DNA of 64,000 nt from Verrucomicrobiota bacterium (GTDB lineage: Bacteria > Verrucomicrobiota > Verrucomicrobiia > Limisphaerales > SXTU01), in assembly GCA_039796295.1 (NCBI GenBank), contig JBDKJY010000011.1, forward strand, positions 93,157 through 157,156, in the 5' to 3' direction. Below the pieces are notes generated by a model, which saw nothing but the letters and a program-made list of their open reading frames with translations, ran no database searches and had not been told where the DNA came from. Both the position numbers and the translations under genes were made by a program. Positions 42,788 to 52,035 of the stretch are shown here, piece after piece; position 1 is the first letter of the stretch, and every line of letters starts with the position of its first letter.

Positions 42788-43483
42788 ATGATTCACAAAT
42801 TACCAGGTTGGGTTTGGTTCGGCGCGGCGGTCCTCTCGTTCATCGCGGGCATCGTCAACGCCGTGGGGTTTCTGGGCTTTCAACACCAAGGCATCACGCA
42901 TTTGACCGGGACCACCAGCCTCGCTGGCATCGCGGTGGCCCAGCACGACTTTGGCGGAGCCGTGCACTTGCTGGCGATTGCCGTGGCGTTCGTGCTGGGA
43001 GCCACGGTCAGCGGCTTCGTCATCCAAGGCAGCACGCTAAAGCTGGGTCGCCGTTACGGAGTGGCACTGGTGATTGAATCCAGCCTGCTCGTGGCGGCGG
43101 TGCCCTTGCTCCAGCACGGCAATGTGCTCGGGGATTATCTGGCCTCCAGTGCCTGCGGTCTGCAAAACGCGATGGCCAGCACCTACAGCGGGGCCGTGCT
43201 CCGCACCACGCACGTCTCCGGGGTGTTCACGGATCTGGGTATCTTCTTCGGCCATCTGCTGCGCGGAATGGACGAGGACTGGCGGCGGTTTCGCCTGTGG
43301 GTGGTGCTGCTCAGTTCTTTCCTGTTCGGGGGCATTGTCGGGGCGGCAATTTTTTCCAAGTGCAGCTACGCCACTCTCTATCTCCCGGCTGCCCTCACGG
43401 GCTTGGTGGGGCTGGCCTACAGCGTCTATCGCCACCACGAACTTAGCCGAGCCGAGCCGCCGCCAATGGCAACCGATCTATGA
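42788..43483 (+). CDS. DUF1275/YoaK-family membrane protein
   Basis: FIAGIVNAVGFLGF...THLTGT...ACGLQNAMAS...THVSGVFTDLG. Confidence 0.7.
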   Translation: MIHKLPGWVWFGAAVLSFIAGIVNAVGFLGFQHQGITHLTGTTSLAGIAVAQHDFGGAVHLLAIAVAFVLGATVSGFVIQGSTLKLGRRYGVALVIESSLLVAAVPLLQHGNVLGDYLASSACGLQNAMASTYSGAVLRTTHVSGVFTDLGIFFGHLLRGMDEDWRRFRLWVVLLSSFLFGGIVGAAIFSKCSYATLYLPAALTGLVGLAYSVYRHHELSRAEPPPMATDL

Positions 43484-43824
43484 GCAAAACCCTGTTTGAA
43501 CGCATCGCCGCGAAGGAGATTCCGGCGAACCTAGTTTACGAAGACGAGCACGTCATCGCCTTCCGCGACCTCCACCCGCAAGCGCCCACGCACATCCTCA
43601 TCGTGCCGCGCAAACCCATCCCCCGCATCGCCGAGGCCACGCCCGAGGACCACGCCGTGCTCGGCCACCTGTTACTGAAGGCGGCGGAAGTCGCCAAACA
43701 GGCCGGCCTCGCAGCGAACGGCTACCGCCTCGTCGTCAACAACGGTCGCGACGGCGGCGAGTCTGTCCCGCACCTCCACTGCCACATCCTCGGTGGCCGC
43801 GCGCTGGGCTGGCCGCCCGGTTGA
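43480..43824 (+). CDS. HIT-family (histidine triad) nucleotide hydrolase
   Basis: FERIAAKEIPA..YEDEHVIAFRD..PQAPTHILIVPRK..VPHLHCHILGG. ATGA overlap with the upstream gene. Confidence 0.85.
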   Translation: MSKTLFERIAAKEIPANLVYEDEHVIAFRDLHPQAPTHILIVPRKPIPRIAEATPEDHAVLGHLLLKAAEVAKQAGLAANGYRLVVNNGRDGGESVPHLHCHILGGRALGWPPG

Positions 43825-43849
43825 GCGCGTGGCTGGCGAAGGAGCACGG

Positions 43850-43871
43850 GGGCCGACCAGCAGGTCGGCCC
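43850..43871 (+). terminator. GC-rich hairpin downstream of the HIT gene (no U-tract)
   Basis: GGGCCGACC-AGCA-GGTCGGCCC, 9-bp perfect stem, 26 nt after the stop. The lack of a T-run makes terminator function uncertain. Confidence 0.3.
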
Positions 43872-43959
43872 TACCAGGTTCATCGGCAGTCGGGAATCGC
43901 ACCCCCCGCTCCCCAGATTCCATTTGTCCGCGCGCACCGCTGTCAGCACTATCGCAACC

Positions 43960-45717
43960 ATGTTCAGCCGTTTGTTTCGACGCCCGTTACTCCGCGCTCT
44001 GCCGTTCGCCCTTTCATTGGCGGCGGTGGTCGCGCTCCCCGCCGCCGAGCCCGCCGACTTCATCCTGCGCAACGCCAAGGTCGCCACGGTGGACGCGCAG
44101 TTCAGTCTTGCCCAAGCCATCGCCGTGCGCGGCGACAAAATCCTCGCCGTCGGCAGCAACGCGGACATCGCCAAGCTCGCCGGGCCGAACACGCGCGTCG
44201 TGGACGCGAAGGGCCGCCTCGTCATACCCGGCCTCATGGATTCCCACACGCATCCGAGCGGCGCGAGCATGTATGAGTTCGACCACGCGATGCCGGAGAT
44301 GGAGTCCATCGCCGACGTGCTGGCTTACATCAAGTCCCGTGCTGTCATCGCGCCGGAGGGCCAGTGGATCACGACGTCGCAAATCTTCATCACCCGGCTG
44401 AAGGAGCAGCGTTACCCCACGCGCGCCGAGTTGGACTCCGTCGCGCCGAAGCACCCGGTCGCCTTCCAGACCGGCCCGGACGCTTCGGTTAACTCGCTCG
44501 CGCTCCAGCTCAACAAGATTGACCGCCACTTCCAGATTCCCGCTGGCGTGCCGGGCAAGGTCGAGAAGGACGCGAACGGCGAACCCACCGGCATCCTGCG
44601 CACTTCGGGCAACTACTTCAAAACCGGCAACACCGGCGCGCGTAGTGCGACCGAGGCCCAGCGCACCGAGCGTCTGGTCGCGCTCTTCAAGGACTACAAC
44701 TCCGTCGGCATCACGACCATCTGTGACCGGAACGCGGGCCTCGGAGCCATCGAGAGCTACGCGAAGCTGCGCGACGCGGGCGCGCTCACCGTGCGCGTGA
44801 GCGCGTCGCAAGGCGTCGGTTCACTCGGCGAGTTGGCGAAGATTCAGGAGAGCATCCGCGCCGTGGCGAAGCACAAGTTACACACGGAAAACGACGACTG
44901 GGTGCGCATCGTCGGCATCAAGATGTTCCTCGACGGCGGGATGCTCACCGGCAGCGCCTACATGCGGGAGCCGTGGGGCTTGAGCGAGATTTACTCCATC
45001 ACCGACCCGCAGTATCGCGGCGTGCTGTTCATTCCCAAGGACCGTCTCAAGCCGATGGTCCGCACCGCCGTGGAGAGCGGTCTGCAATTCACCGCGCACT
45101 CCGTCGGCGACGGCGCGGTGCACACGCTGCTGGAAGTCTATGACGAATTGGCGAAGGAGGGTTTGCCCATTCGCCAGACCCGCGCGTGCGTGACGCACAG
45201 CAACTTCATGAGCAAGGAAGCCGTCGAGACGGCCGCGCGCCTCGGCGTGGTGCTCGACATCCAACCCGCGTGGCTCTACCTCGACACGCGCACGCTCACG
45301 AAGCAGTTCGGCTACGACCGGCTGCGCTACTTCCAGCCGCTCAAGAGCATTTTCGCGGCGGGCGGCATCGTGGGCGGCGGCTCGGACCACATGCAGAAAA
45401 TCGGCTCGTTCCGCAGCGTGAATCCCTACAACCCGTTCCTCGGCATGGCGACCGCCATCACGCGCCGCGCGAAGTGGCACGAAGGTCAGTTGCATCCCGA
45501 GGAGGCTCTGAGCCGCGAGCAGGCCCTGCGTTTCTACACCATCAACAACGCGCAACTCCTCTTCAAAGAAACCCGCACCGGCTCGCTCGAACCCGGCAAG
45601 CTCGCCGACCTCGCGCTCCTCGACACCGACCTGCTCATCTGTGCGGAGGACAAGATCGCGCAGACCAAGGCGCTGCTCACGATGGTGGGCGGGAAAGTGG
45701 TTTGGGAAGTCAAGTAG
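43960..45717 (+). CDS. Secreted amidohydrolase-family metallohydrolase
   Basis: ATG 43960 with signal peptide. GLMDSHTHP metal-binding motif. FTAHSVGD, GGSDH. Confidence 0.75.
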   Translation: MFSRLFRRPLLRALPFALSLAAVVALPAAEPADFILRNAKVATVDAQFSLAQAIAVRGDKILAVGSNADIAKLAGPNTRVVDAKGRLVIPGLMDSHTHPSGASMYEFDHAMPEMESIADVLAYIKSRAVIAPEGQWITTSQIFITRLKEQRYPTRAELDSVAPKHPVAFQTGPDASVNSLALQLNKIDRHFQIPAGVPGKVEKDANGEPTGILRTSGNYFKTGNTGARSATEAQRTERLVALFKDYNSVGITTICDRNAGLGAIESYAKLRDAGALTVRVSASQGVGSLGELAKIQESIRAVAKHKLHTENDDWVRIVGIKMFLDGGMLTGSAYMREPWGLSEIYSITDPQYRGVLFIPKDRLKPMVRTAVESGLQFTAHSVGDGAVHTLLEVYDELAKEGLPIRQTRACVTHSNFMSKEAVETAARLGVVLDIQPAWLYLDTRTLTKQFGYDRLRYFQPLKSIFAAGGIVGGGSDHMQKIGSFRSVNPYNPFLGMATAITRRAKWHEGQLHPEEALSREQALRFYTINNAQLLFKETRTGSLEPGKLADLALLDTDLLICAEDKIAQTKALLTMVGGKVVWEVK

Positions 45718-45789
45718 GCCAGCGCGCCCGCCTGCCGTTCAGCACATGGCGGACTTGGCTTTTCTCCACCACTTGACCAGCCTCCGCGC

Positions 45790-46938
45790 ATGAGCTGGTG
45801 CTACCGTTCACTCATCCGCCCCGCGCTGTTCACACAGGACTCGGAGACGATTCACAACCGCACGCTTGCCGCGCTGGGCTTTGCCGCGCGGCAGCCGTTG
45901 CTCTGCGATGCGCTTGCGGCGCTCTACGACGCACCCGCGCTGCCCGTGGAGCTGTTCGGCCTGCGCTTCCCGAACCCCGTGGGCCTCGCGGCGGGCATGG
46001 ACAAGCAGGCCATCGCCGTCCCGGTTTGGCGCTCGCTGGGCTTCGGCTTCAGCGAGCTGGGCGGCGTGACCTGGCACGCGCAGCCGGGCAATCCGCAGCC
46101 GCGCATGTTCCGCGCCGTGGCTGACGAAGCGCTCGTCAACCGCATGGGCTTCAACAACAGCGGCGCGCGCGCGCTGGCCGAACGCCTCGCCGCCTGGCGC
46201 ACGCAAGGCCGTTGGCCGGACCACCCCGTTGGCATCAACCTCGGCAAATCCAAAGTCACGCCGCTGAACGAGGCCGCCGCGGACTACGCCGATTCCCTCC
46301 GCGTCCTCTGGCCGCACGCCGACTTCTTCGTCGTGAACGTCAGCTCCCCGAACACGCCCAACCTCCGCCAGCTCCAGGACAAAGCCGCACTCGACGAAAT
46401 CCTCGCCGCCCTCCAGCAGGTGAACAACGCACAGGCACGCAAGCCCGTCCCAACTCAAAACTCAAAACTCAAAACTCAAAACCTTCCCAAACCGCTCTTG
46501 GTGAAGGTTGCCCCCGACCTCACCTTCGAGGCGCTCGACGAAATCCTCGCCCTCGTCGGCCCGCGTCAGCTCGCCGGCTTGGTCGCGACAAACACCACCA
46601 TCGCGCGACCCGCGACGACTGACGCGCGGCTGAAGCAGACTTACGCCGAGACCGGCGGTCTCAGCGGGCGGCCGCTCCGCGCGCGCAGCACCGAAGTCAT
46701 TCGCCATCTCTTCCGCCAGAGCAAAGGCGCGGTGCCCCTCATCGGCGTAGGCGGCATCGCCAGCGCGGCGGACGCGTGGGAGAAGATCACGGCGGGCGCG
46801 GCCCTCGTGCAGGTCTATTCCGGCCTCGTCTATGAAGGCCCAGGCCTGACAAGCGAGATTGTGCAAGGCCTGCGCTGGCGGCTGGAAGTCGAGGGGCTGA
46901 AGGAACTCAAGCAAGCCGTCGGGCTGCGGGCGGGGTGA
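45790..46938 (+). CDS. pyrD: Dihydroorotate dehydrogenase (quinone), class 2
   Basis: GLAAGMDK, NRMGFNNSG, GINLGKSK, VVNVSSPNTPNLR, GVGGI. Confidence 0.9.
   Translation: MSWCYRSLIRPALFTQDSETIHNRTLAALGFAARQPLLCDALAALYDAPALPVELFGLRFPNPVGLAAGMDKQAIAVPVWRSLGFGFSELGGVTWHAQPGNPQPRMFRAVADEALVNRMGFNNSGARALAERLAAWRTQGRWPDHPVGINLGKSKVTPLNEAAADYADSLRVLWPHADFFVVNVSSPNTPNLRQLQDKAALDEILAALQQVNNAQARKPVPTQNSKLKTQNLPKPLLVKVAPDLTFEALDEILALVGPRQLAGLVATNTTIARPATTDARLKQTYAETGGLSGRPLRARSTEVIRHLFRQSKGAVPLIGVGGIASAADAWEKITAGAALVQVYSGLVYEGPGLTSEIVQGLRWRLEVEGLKELKQAVGLRAG
46454..46481. repeat. (CTCAAAA)x4 perfect heptanucleotide tandem repeat inside pyrD
   Basis: Read directly at 46454-46481. Translated in frame as ..NSKLKTQN.. 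in a surface-loop position. Confidence 0.95.
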
Positions 46939-47155
46939 GCTGACGGCGTTCGAAGCGCGAGCAGGCCCTTGGCGATTTCCTGGGTGACAGTGCCGTGGCC
47001 TCAACTTTGGGAATCCCCACCTTCGCAGCCGGCTTCCGCCCGGTTTCAGGCCGGTTGAGGTGCGAATGAACAATTCGCCGACGATCCTCCGCGCGCAATC
47101 CATCTGCCGGGCTTGTCGGCTGGAAGTTGGCCGCGTAAAACCTGCCGCACCAACC

Positions 47156-47761
47156 ATGAACTGGCCCTCGTCACTTCCCCGCGTGGTTGCCGTCGGTCTG
47201 TTCGTCGCCCTGCTCACCGGCGCGCTCGCGCAGACCGCCCGGACAGTCCTGAAGCCTCATCCCGCCGCCGTGCCGAACACCCACGCGCCCAGCGAGGTGG
47301 ACCGCCCCGAGCTGGTGCCCTTCATCGTCGCGGACCCCGCGAAACTACCCGGCATCGTCGTGGACGAGACAGCGGCGACGCTCGTGGGCCAGTGGCAATA
47401 CTCCACGCACACGCCGCCCTACGTCGGCCTCGGTTACCTGCACGACCAGAACGCCGGGAAGGGCGCGAAGTCCGTGACCTTCACGCCGGACCTGCCGCGC
47501 GCGGGCCACTACGAAGTCCGCCTCGCCCACTGCTACAACGTCCGCCGCGCGACCAACACCCCCGTCACCATCCACCACGCCGACGGCAAGACGAAACTCC
47601 GCCTCAACCAGCAGGCGGAGCCGGCGCACGGACGACTCTTCCGCACGCTGGGAACCTTCCGCTTCGCCGCCGGCACGAACGGCTGGGTCCGCCTCTCGAA
47701 CGAAGGCACCGAGGGCAAATATGTCATCGCAGACGCGGTGCAGTTCCTCCCAGTGCCGTAG
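47156..47761 (+). CDS. Secreted hypothetical protein (golvesin-C-terminal-like beta-sandwich suspected)
   Basis: ATG 47156 with signal peptide MNWPSSLPRVVAVGLFVALLTGALA. Tail ..GKYVIADAVQFLPV resembles a motif I associate with that domain. Confidence 0.6.
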   Translation: MNWPSSLPRVVAVGLFVALLTGALAQTARTVLKPHPAAVPNTHAPSEVDRPELVPFIVADPAKLPGIVVDETAATLVGQWQYSTHTPPYVGLGYLHDQNAGKGAKSVTFTPDLPRAGHYEVRLAHCYNVRRATNTPVTIHHADGKTKLRLNQQAEPAHGRLFRTLGTFRFAAGTNGWVRLSNEGTEGKYVIADAVQFLPVP

Positions 47762-47902
47762 CGTCAGTCGTCCTCGCCTGACGGAGACAGCGCCGTTGCG
47801 CACGGAACCACTGGAACTTCCCAGCCCACTCCGGGCGGTGGCCCGCCCGCCACGCGCGCTTTCTGAATGGCCTTTTTACCCGGCCAGTCGAAAACTCCGC
47901 TT

Positions 47903-50900
47903 ATGACTCTTAGACCTTTGACTGGCGCCAGCTTTGCCGTCGCGCTCTGGCTCGCCGCGTTCGAGCCCGCCGCCGCCGCGACCCGCAAGATTGATTTCAA
48001 CCGGGACATCCGCCCCATCCTCTCAGACAACTGCTACGCCTGCCACGGGCCGGACGAGAAGGCCCGCAAGGGGAAGCTCCGGCTCGACGTCGCCGAGAGC
48101 GCGCTCGCCAAGCACGCGGTGGTGCCGAGGGACTTGAAGAAGTCCGAGCTGTGGTCGCGCGTTACGACGAAGGACAAGGACGAGGTGATGCCGCCGGCGG
48201 AGTCGAACAAGAAGCCACTGAAGCCAGAGCAAATCGCGTTGCTGAAGCAGTGGATCGAGGAGGGCGCGAACTACCAGGGGCACTGGTCGTTCGTCGCGCC
48301 GGTGAAGGCGACGGCTCCTGCAATCGGCAATCGGGAATCGGCAATCGCCAATCCCATCGACCGCTTCATCGCCGCCAAGCTCGCCGAGCGCAAACTCACC
48401 CCCAACCCCGAAGCCCCGCGCGAGGTCCTCATCCGCCGCGTGACCTTCGACCTCACCGGCCTGCCGCCCACCGTCACCGAGGTGGACGCCTTCCTCGCGG
48501 ACACTTCGCCCAGCGCCTACGAGAAGGTCGTGGACCGCCTGCTGAAGTCCCCGCACTACGGCGAGCACATGGGCCGCCACTGGCTTGACGCCGCGCGCTA
48601 CGGCGACACGCATGGGATGCACCTCGACAACGAGCGCTCCATGTGGCCTTACCGCGACTGGGTCGTGCGCGCCTTCAACCGCAACCTGCCCTTCGACCAG
48701 TTCACCATCGAGCAGCTCGCGGGCGACCTTCTGCCCAGCCCGACGCAGGACCAGCTCATCGCCACGGGCTTCAATCGCTGCAACGTCACCACCGGCGAGG
48801 GCGGCAGCATCAATGAGGAATGGATTTTCCGCTATGCCGTGGACCGCACCGAGACCGCCGCATCCGTGTGGATGGGCCTGACCGCCGGCTGCGCGGTCTG
48901 CCACGACCACAAATACGACCCCATCACTGCGAAGGATTTTTACTCGATGTATGCCTTCTTCCACAGCAACGCCGACCCGGCGATGGACGGCAATCAGCTC
49001 CTCACCGCACCCACGCTCAAGCTCACCACGCCGGAGCAACAGAAGAAGCTCGACGGCTTCAACGCCCAAGTCGCCGAGGTGGACAAGCGCATCAAGGCCG
49101 AGCTGGCCAAGGTGGTTTACACCGACCCCTCCACGCTCAACCCGCCGCCGCCGCTCAAGAAGTTCGACACGACGTGGGTGGACGACGAGTTCCCGTCCGG
49201 CGCGAAGGTGGAGGCTAGCGGAGCATCGACTTCGGCGACGTGGGTCACAGAAAAGGACGGCAAGGTCCTCGCTGGCAAGCGCTCTCTCAAGCGCAGCGAC
49301 AAGGCCGTTGGGCAGGACTTTTTCTCGGACCTCAAGACGCCGCTGACCATCCCGCCGAACGGGAAGGTCTTCCTCAACGTCTTCCTCGACCCGCAGGACC
49401 CGCCGAAGTCCGTGATGCTACAGTTCAACACCGGCGAGTGGTCGCATCGCGCCGTGTGGGGTGACATCTACGCCATCGACTTCGGCAAGAAAGACACCAA
49501 CGAGCGCAAGCGCCTCGGCGACCTGCCGAAGCTCGGCGAGTGGGTGAAGCTGGAGTTCGCCGCGTCGCAGCTTGGCTTCAAAGCCGGCGACAAAATCAAG
49601 GGCCTCGCCTTCACGCTCTTCGGCGGCACGGTGACGTGGGACAAGGTCGGTGTGACGGGCGAAAGCAACCCCTCAAAAGACCCGACCGAGTCGCTCGCCG
49701 TCTGGCTCAAGGAAAACCAAGGCAAGGCGCTCGCCAACGTGCCCGACGAGGTGAAGCGGCTCTTCCGCTCCGTGAAGCCCGAGGACCGCAAGCCCGCCGA
49801 AACCAAGAGCCTCCAGGACTACTATTTCGAGTTCGTCTGCAACACGACGCGCCCCGCCTTCGACAAGGTCCACGCGGAGAAAGACCCCATTGCCAAGGCC
49901 CGCGACGACTTCGACAAAGGCATCCCGTCCACCTTCATCTGGAAGGACCTCGAGAAGCCGCGCGACAGCTTCGTCATGGTGCGCGGCCAATACAACAAGC
50001 CCGGCCAGCAGGTCTGGCCGAACGTCCCCGCCGTGCTCCCGCCGCTGCCAAAGACCGAGACGACCAACCGCCTCGACTTCGCCAAGTGGCTCGTCAGCCC
50101 GCAGCATCCGCTGACATCACGCGTGGCGGTGAACCGCTTCTGGCAGCAGTTCTTTGGCACCGGCCTCGTGAAGACTTCCTCGGACTTCGGTGCGCAGGGC
50201 GAGGCGCCGTCGCACCCCGAGCTGCTCGACTGGCTCGCCGTGACGTTCCGCGAGCAGGGCTGGGACATGAAGCAGTTCGTGAAGCTGCTCGTGACCTCCG
50301 CGACCTACCGGCAGGACTCGAAGGCCACGCCGCAGAAGATTGCCGCCGACCCCGAGAATCGTTTCTACTCGCGCGGCCCGCGCTTCCGCCTCGATGCCGA
50401 GCAGGTCCGCGACAACGCGCTCGCCGTCAGCGGCCTGCTCGTGCCCACCCTCGGCGGCAAGGGCGTGCGCACCTACCAGCCCGACAACATCTGGGAGCCG
50501 GTGGCCTACTCCGGCAGCAACACCAAGACCTACAAGCGCGACGACGGCGACGCGCTCTGGCGGCGCAGCCTCTACACCTTCATCAAGCGCACCGCGCCCG
50601 CGCCGAGCATGACGACCTTCGACGCGCCGAGCCGCGAGCAATCCTGCGCGCGCCGCGAGCGCAGCAACACGCCGCTCCAGGCACTCGTGCTGATGAACGA
50701 CGTGCAGCACTTCGAGGCCGCGCGCGCGTTCGCGCAGCGGATGTTGAAGGAGGGTGGCAGCCACGTCGAAGCCCGCCTCGCCTACGGCTTCCGCCTCGCC
50801 ACCGCGCGCCCGCCCACGAAGGCCGAGACCGCCGTCCTCTCCGACACGCTCTTCACGCAATGGGCCAAGTATCAAGGCCGCACCGACGCCGCGAAGAAAG

Positions 50901-51016
50901 CCATCACCTTCGGCGAGTCGAAGCCCGACGCGTCCCTCGACCCCAGCGAACTCGCCGCCTACACGATGGTGGCGAACTTGATTCTGAACTTGGATGAAGT
51001 GGTGACGAAGAACTGA
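47903..51016 (+). CDS. PSCyt1/DUF1549/DUF1553 (PSD1) family protein
   Basis: ATG 47903 with signal peptide. FNRDIRPILSDNCYACHG (planctomycete cytochrome c). HWSF, NPIDRFI. CAVCHDHKYDP, NRFWQQFFG, RERSNTPLQAL. Confidence 0.85.
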   Translation: MTLRPLTGASFAVALWLAAFEPAAAATRKIDFNRDIRPILSDNCYACHGPDEKARKGKLRLDVAESALAKHAVVPRDLKKSELWSRVTTKDKDEVMPPAESNKKPLKPEQIALLKQWIEEGANYQGHWSFVAPVKATAPAIGNRESAIANPIDRFIAAKLAERKLTPNPEAPREVLIRRVTFDLTGLPPTVTEVDAFLADTSPSAYEKVVDRLLKSPHYGEHMGRHWLDAARYGDTHGMHLDNERSMWPYRDWVVRAFNRNLPFDQFTIEQLAGDLLPSPTQDQLIATGFNRCNVTTGEGGSINEEWIFRYAVDRTETAASVWMGLTAGCAVCHDHKYDPITAKDFYSMYAFFHSNADPAMDGNQLLTAPTLKLTTPEQQKKLDGFNAQVAEVDKRIKAELAKVVYTDPSTLNPPPPLKKFDTTWVDDEFPSGAKVEASGASTSATWVTEKDGKVLAGKRSLKRSDKAVGQDFFSDLKTPLTIPPNGKVFLNVFLDPQDPPKSVMLQFNTGEWSHRAVWGDIYAIDFGKKDTNERKRLGDLPKLGEWVKLEFAASQLGFKAGDKIKGLAFTLFGGTVTWDKVGVTGESNPSKDPTESLAVWLKENQGKALANVPDEVKRLFRSVKPEDRKPAETKSLQDYYFEFVCNTTRPAFDKVHAEKDPIAKARDDFDKGIPSTFIWKDLEKPRDSFVMVRGQYNKPGQQVWPNVPAVLPPLPKTETTNRLDFAKWLVSPQHPLTSRVAVNRFWQQFFGTGLVKTSSDFGAQGEAPSHPELLDWLAVTFREQGWDMKQFVKLLVTSATYRQDSKATPQKIAADPENRFYSRGPRFRLDAEQVRDNALAVSGLLVPTLGGKGVRTYQPDNIWEPVAYSGSNTKTYKRDDGDALWRRSLYTFIKRTAPAPSMTTFDAPSREQSCARRERSNTPLQALVLMNDVQHFEAARAFAQRMLKEGGSHVEARLAYGFRLATARPPTKAETAVLSDTLFTQWAKYQGRTDAAKKAITFGESKPDASLDPSELAAYTMVANLILNLDEVVTKN
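48321..48355. repeat. (CAATCGG)-type heptamer array, 5 units (2 perfect), inside the DUF1553 gene
   Basis: CAATCGG CAATCGG GAATCGG CAATCGC CAATCCC, translated as AIGNRESAIANP. Confidence 0.9.
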
Positions 51017-51020
51017 CCCT

Positions 51021-51515
51021 GTGACCGCGCAACAAACAACGCAGCCAGCGACAACGGACCCAAAGTGGCTCCTTGTCTCTATGCGTTTAGTCGCTGCGGT
51101 GGGGCTACTGGGGCTGCCACTCTTGGTGGCTTGGAGTGCTGTTGGGGAGCACCGCATTGCTCCGGTGGCCTTCGATTCGTGGGCGCTGATTTTTGCGCAG
51201 AGCGTCGCCATCGGCCTTGCCACCTTGCTCCTGCCACTGTGGTTCGCGCGCCGGTTCAGTTTCCTCAATCACCTCCCTCTGTTCCTGTTCCTGACCGTCT
51301 GTCTCATAACACAAGGTCGGTTGGGTTCTTCTCTGACGGAGCGCTCTGTTCCCAATTTGAGGACCGGCTACGACAGAGACTACCGTCTGGCCGTCGTGCG
51401 CCAAGCTGAGGCGATTCCGAGGACGGGCTTTGTTGTGGCTGTAATGACAGCCTATCTTGGTCTACGAATCCTCCAGCGCCGCAAAACGTCCGCTCCCCAA
51501 TCCCAAGCCGCTTGA
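51021..51515 (+). CDS. Small polytopic membrane protein, paralog 1
   Basis: GTG 51021, 4 nt after the DUF1553 stop. N-terminus QQTTQPATTDPKW, then hydrophobic helices. Confidence 0.55.
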   Translation: MTAQQTTQPATTDPKWLLVSMRLVAAVGLLGLPLLVAWSAVGEHRIAPVAFDSWALIFAQSVAIGLATLLLPLWFARRFSFLNHLPLFLFLTVCLITQGRLGSSLTERSVPNLRTGYDRDYRLAVVRQAEAIPRTGFVVAVMTAYLGLRILQRRKTSAPQSQAA

Positions 51516-51519
51516 CGCA

Positions 51520-52035
51520 GTGAACACCCAGCCGACAACTGAACCGCCGTGCAGAGTGCTTCGGTTCGACAGCCCTTGGCTGGTATGGCCGCTGTTCGCG
51601 GCGGTCATGGCGTTCTTCGGCTCCTTGATGTTCGTTGATTACCAGGTCTTCGCAGTCAGCACGGGTTTCATCCTGCTCGCCGCCGGGACCGGTGCCGGAC
51701 TTGCGCTACTGGTGTGGCTTTTAGGTGCGAGACAGCGACACAGACCGAACGCTGGTCAGTTGCGCTTCGGCCTGCTTGGGGTTTTGGTTTTCGTATCGGT
51801 GATTCTGCTCCAACGCATCGTTCCATTGGTGGATTCAGCAGTCTTCTATTCCGACGTTCTTGGCCGAATCAGCCAAGCAGAGCGTCGTGCCATGGATTCC
51901 CAAGCCAGCTCGATTGCTGGTTGCACCTATGTGCTTTGCTCCTGGGTCGCACTTTTGATTTACCACCGGAGCGAGAAGAGAGCCGAGCACACCTCGGCTG
52001 CTTCAGCCGAAACGGCAACCACCGAAACACTATGA
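51520..52035 (+). CDS. Small polytopic membrane protein, paralog 2
   Basis: GTG 51520, 4 nt after the paralog 1 stop. N-terminus [12 protein letters not shown] resembles paralog 1. Its stop overlaps the DUF1501 ATG (ATGA). Confidence 0.55.
   Translation: MNTQPTTEPPCRVLRFDSPWLVWPLFAAVMAFFGSLMFVDYQVFAVSTGFILLAAGTGAGLALLVWLLGARQRHRPNAGQLRFGLLGVLVFVSVILLQRIVPLVDSAVFYSDVLGRISQAERRAMDSQASSIAGCTYVLCSWVALLIYHRSEKRAEHTSAASAETATTETL

Noticed and set aside
51714-52031. 5' extension of the DUF1501 ORF
   Set aside because: It overlaps paralog 2 out of frame. The twin-arginine signal begins right after ATG 52032.
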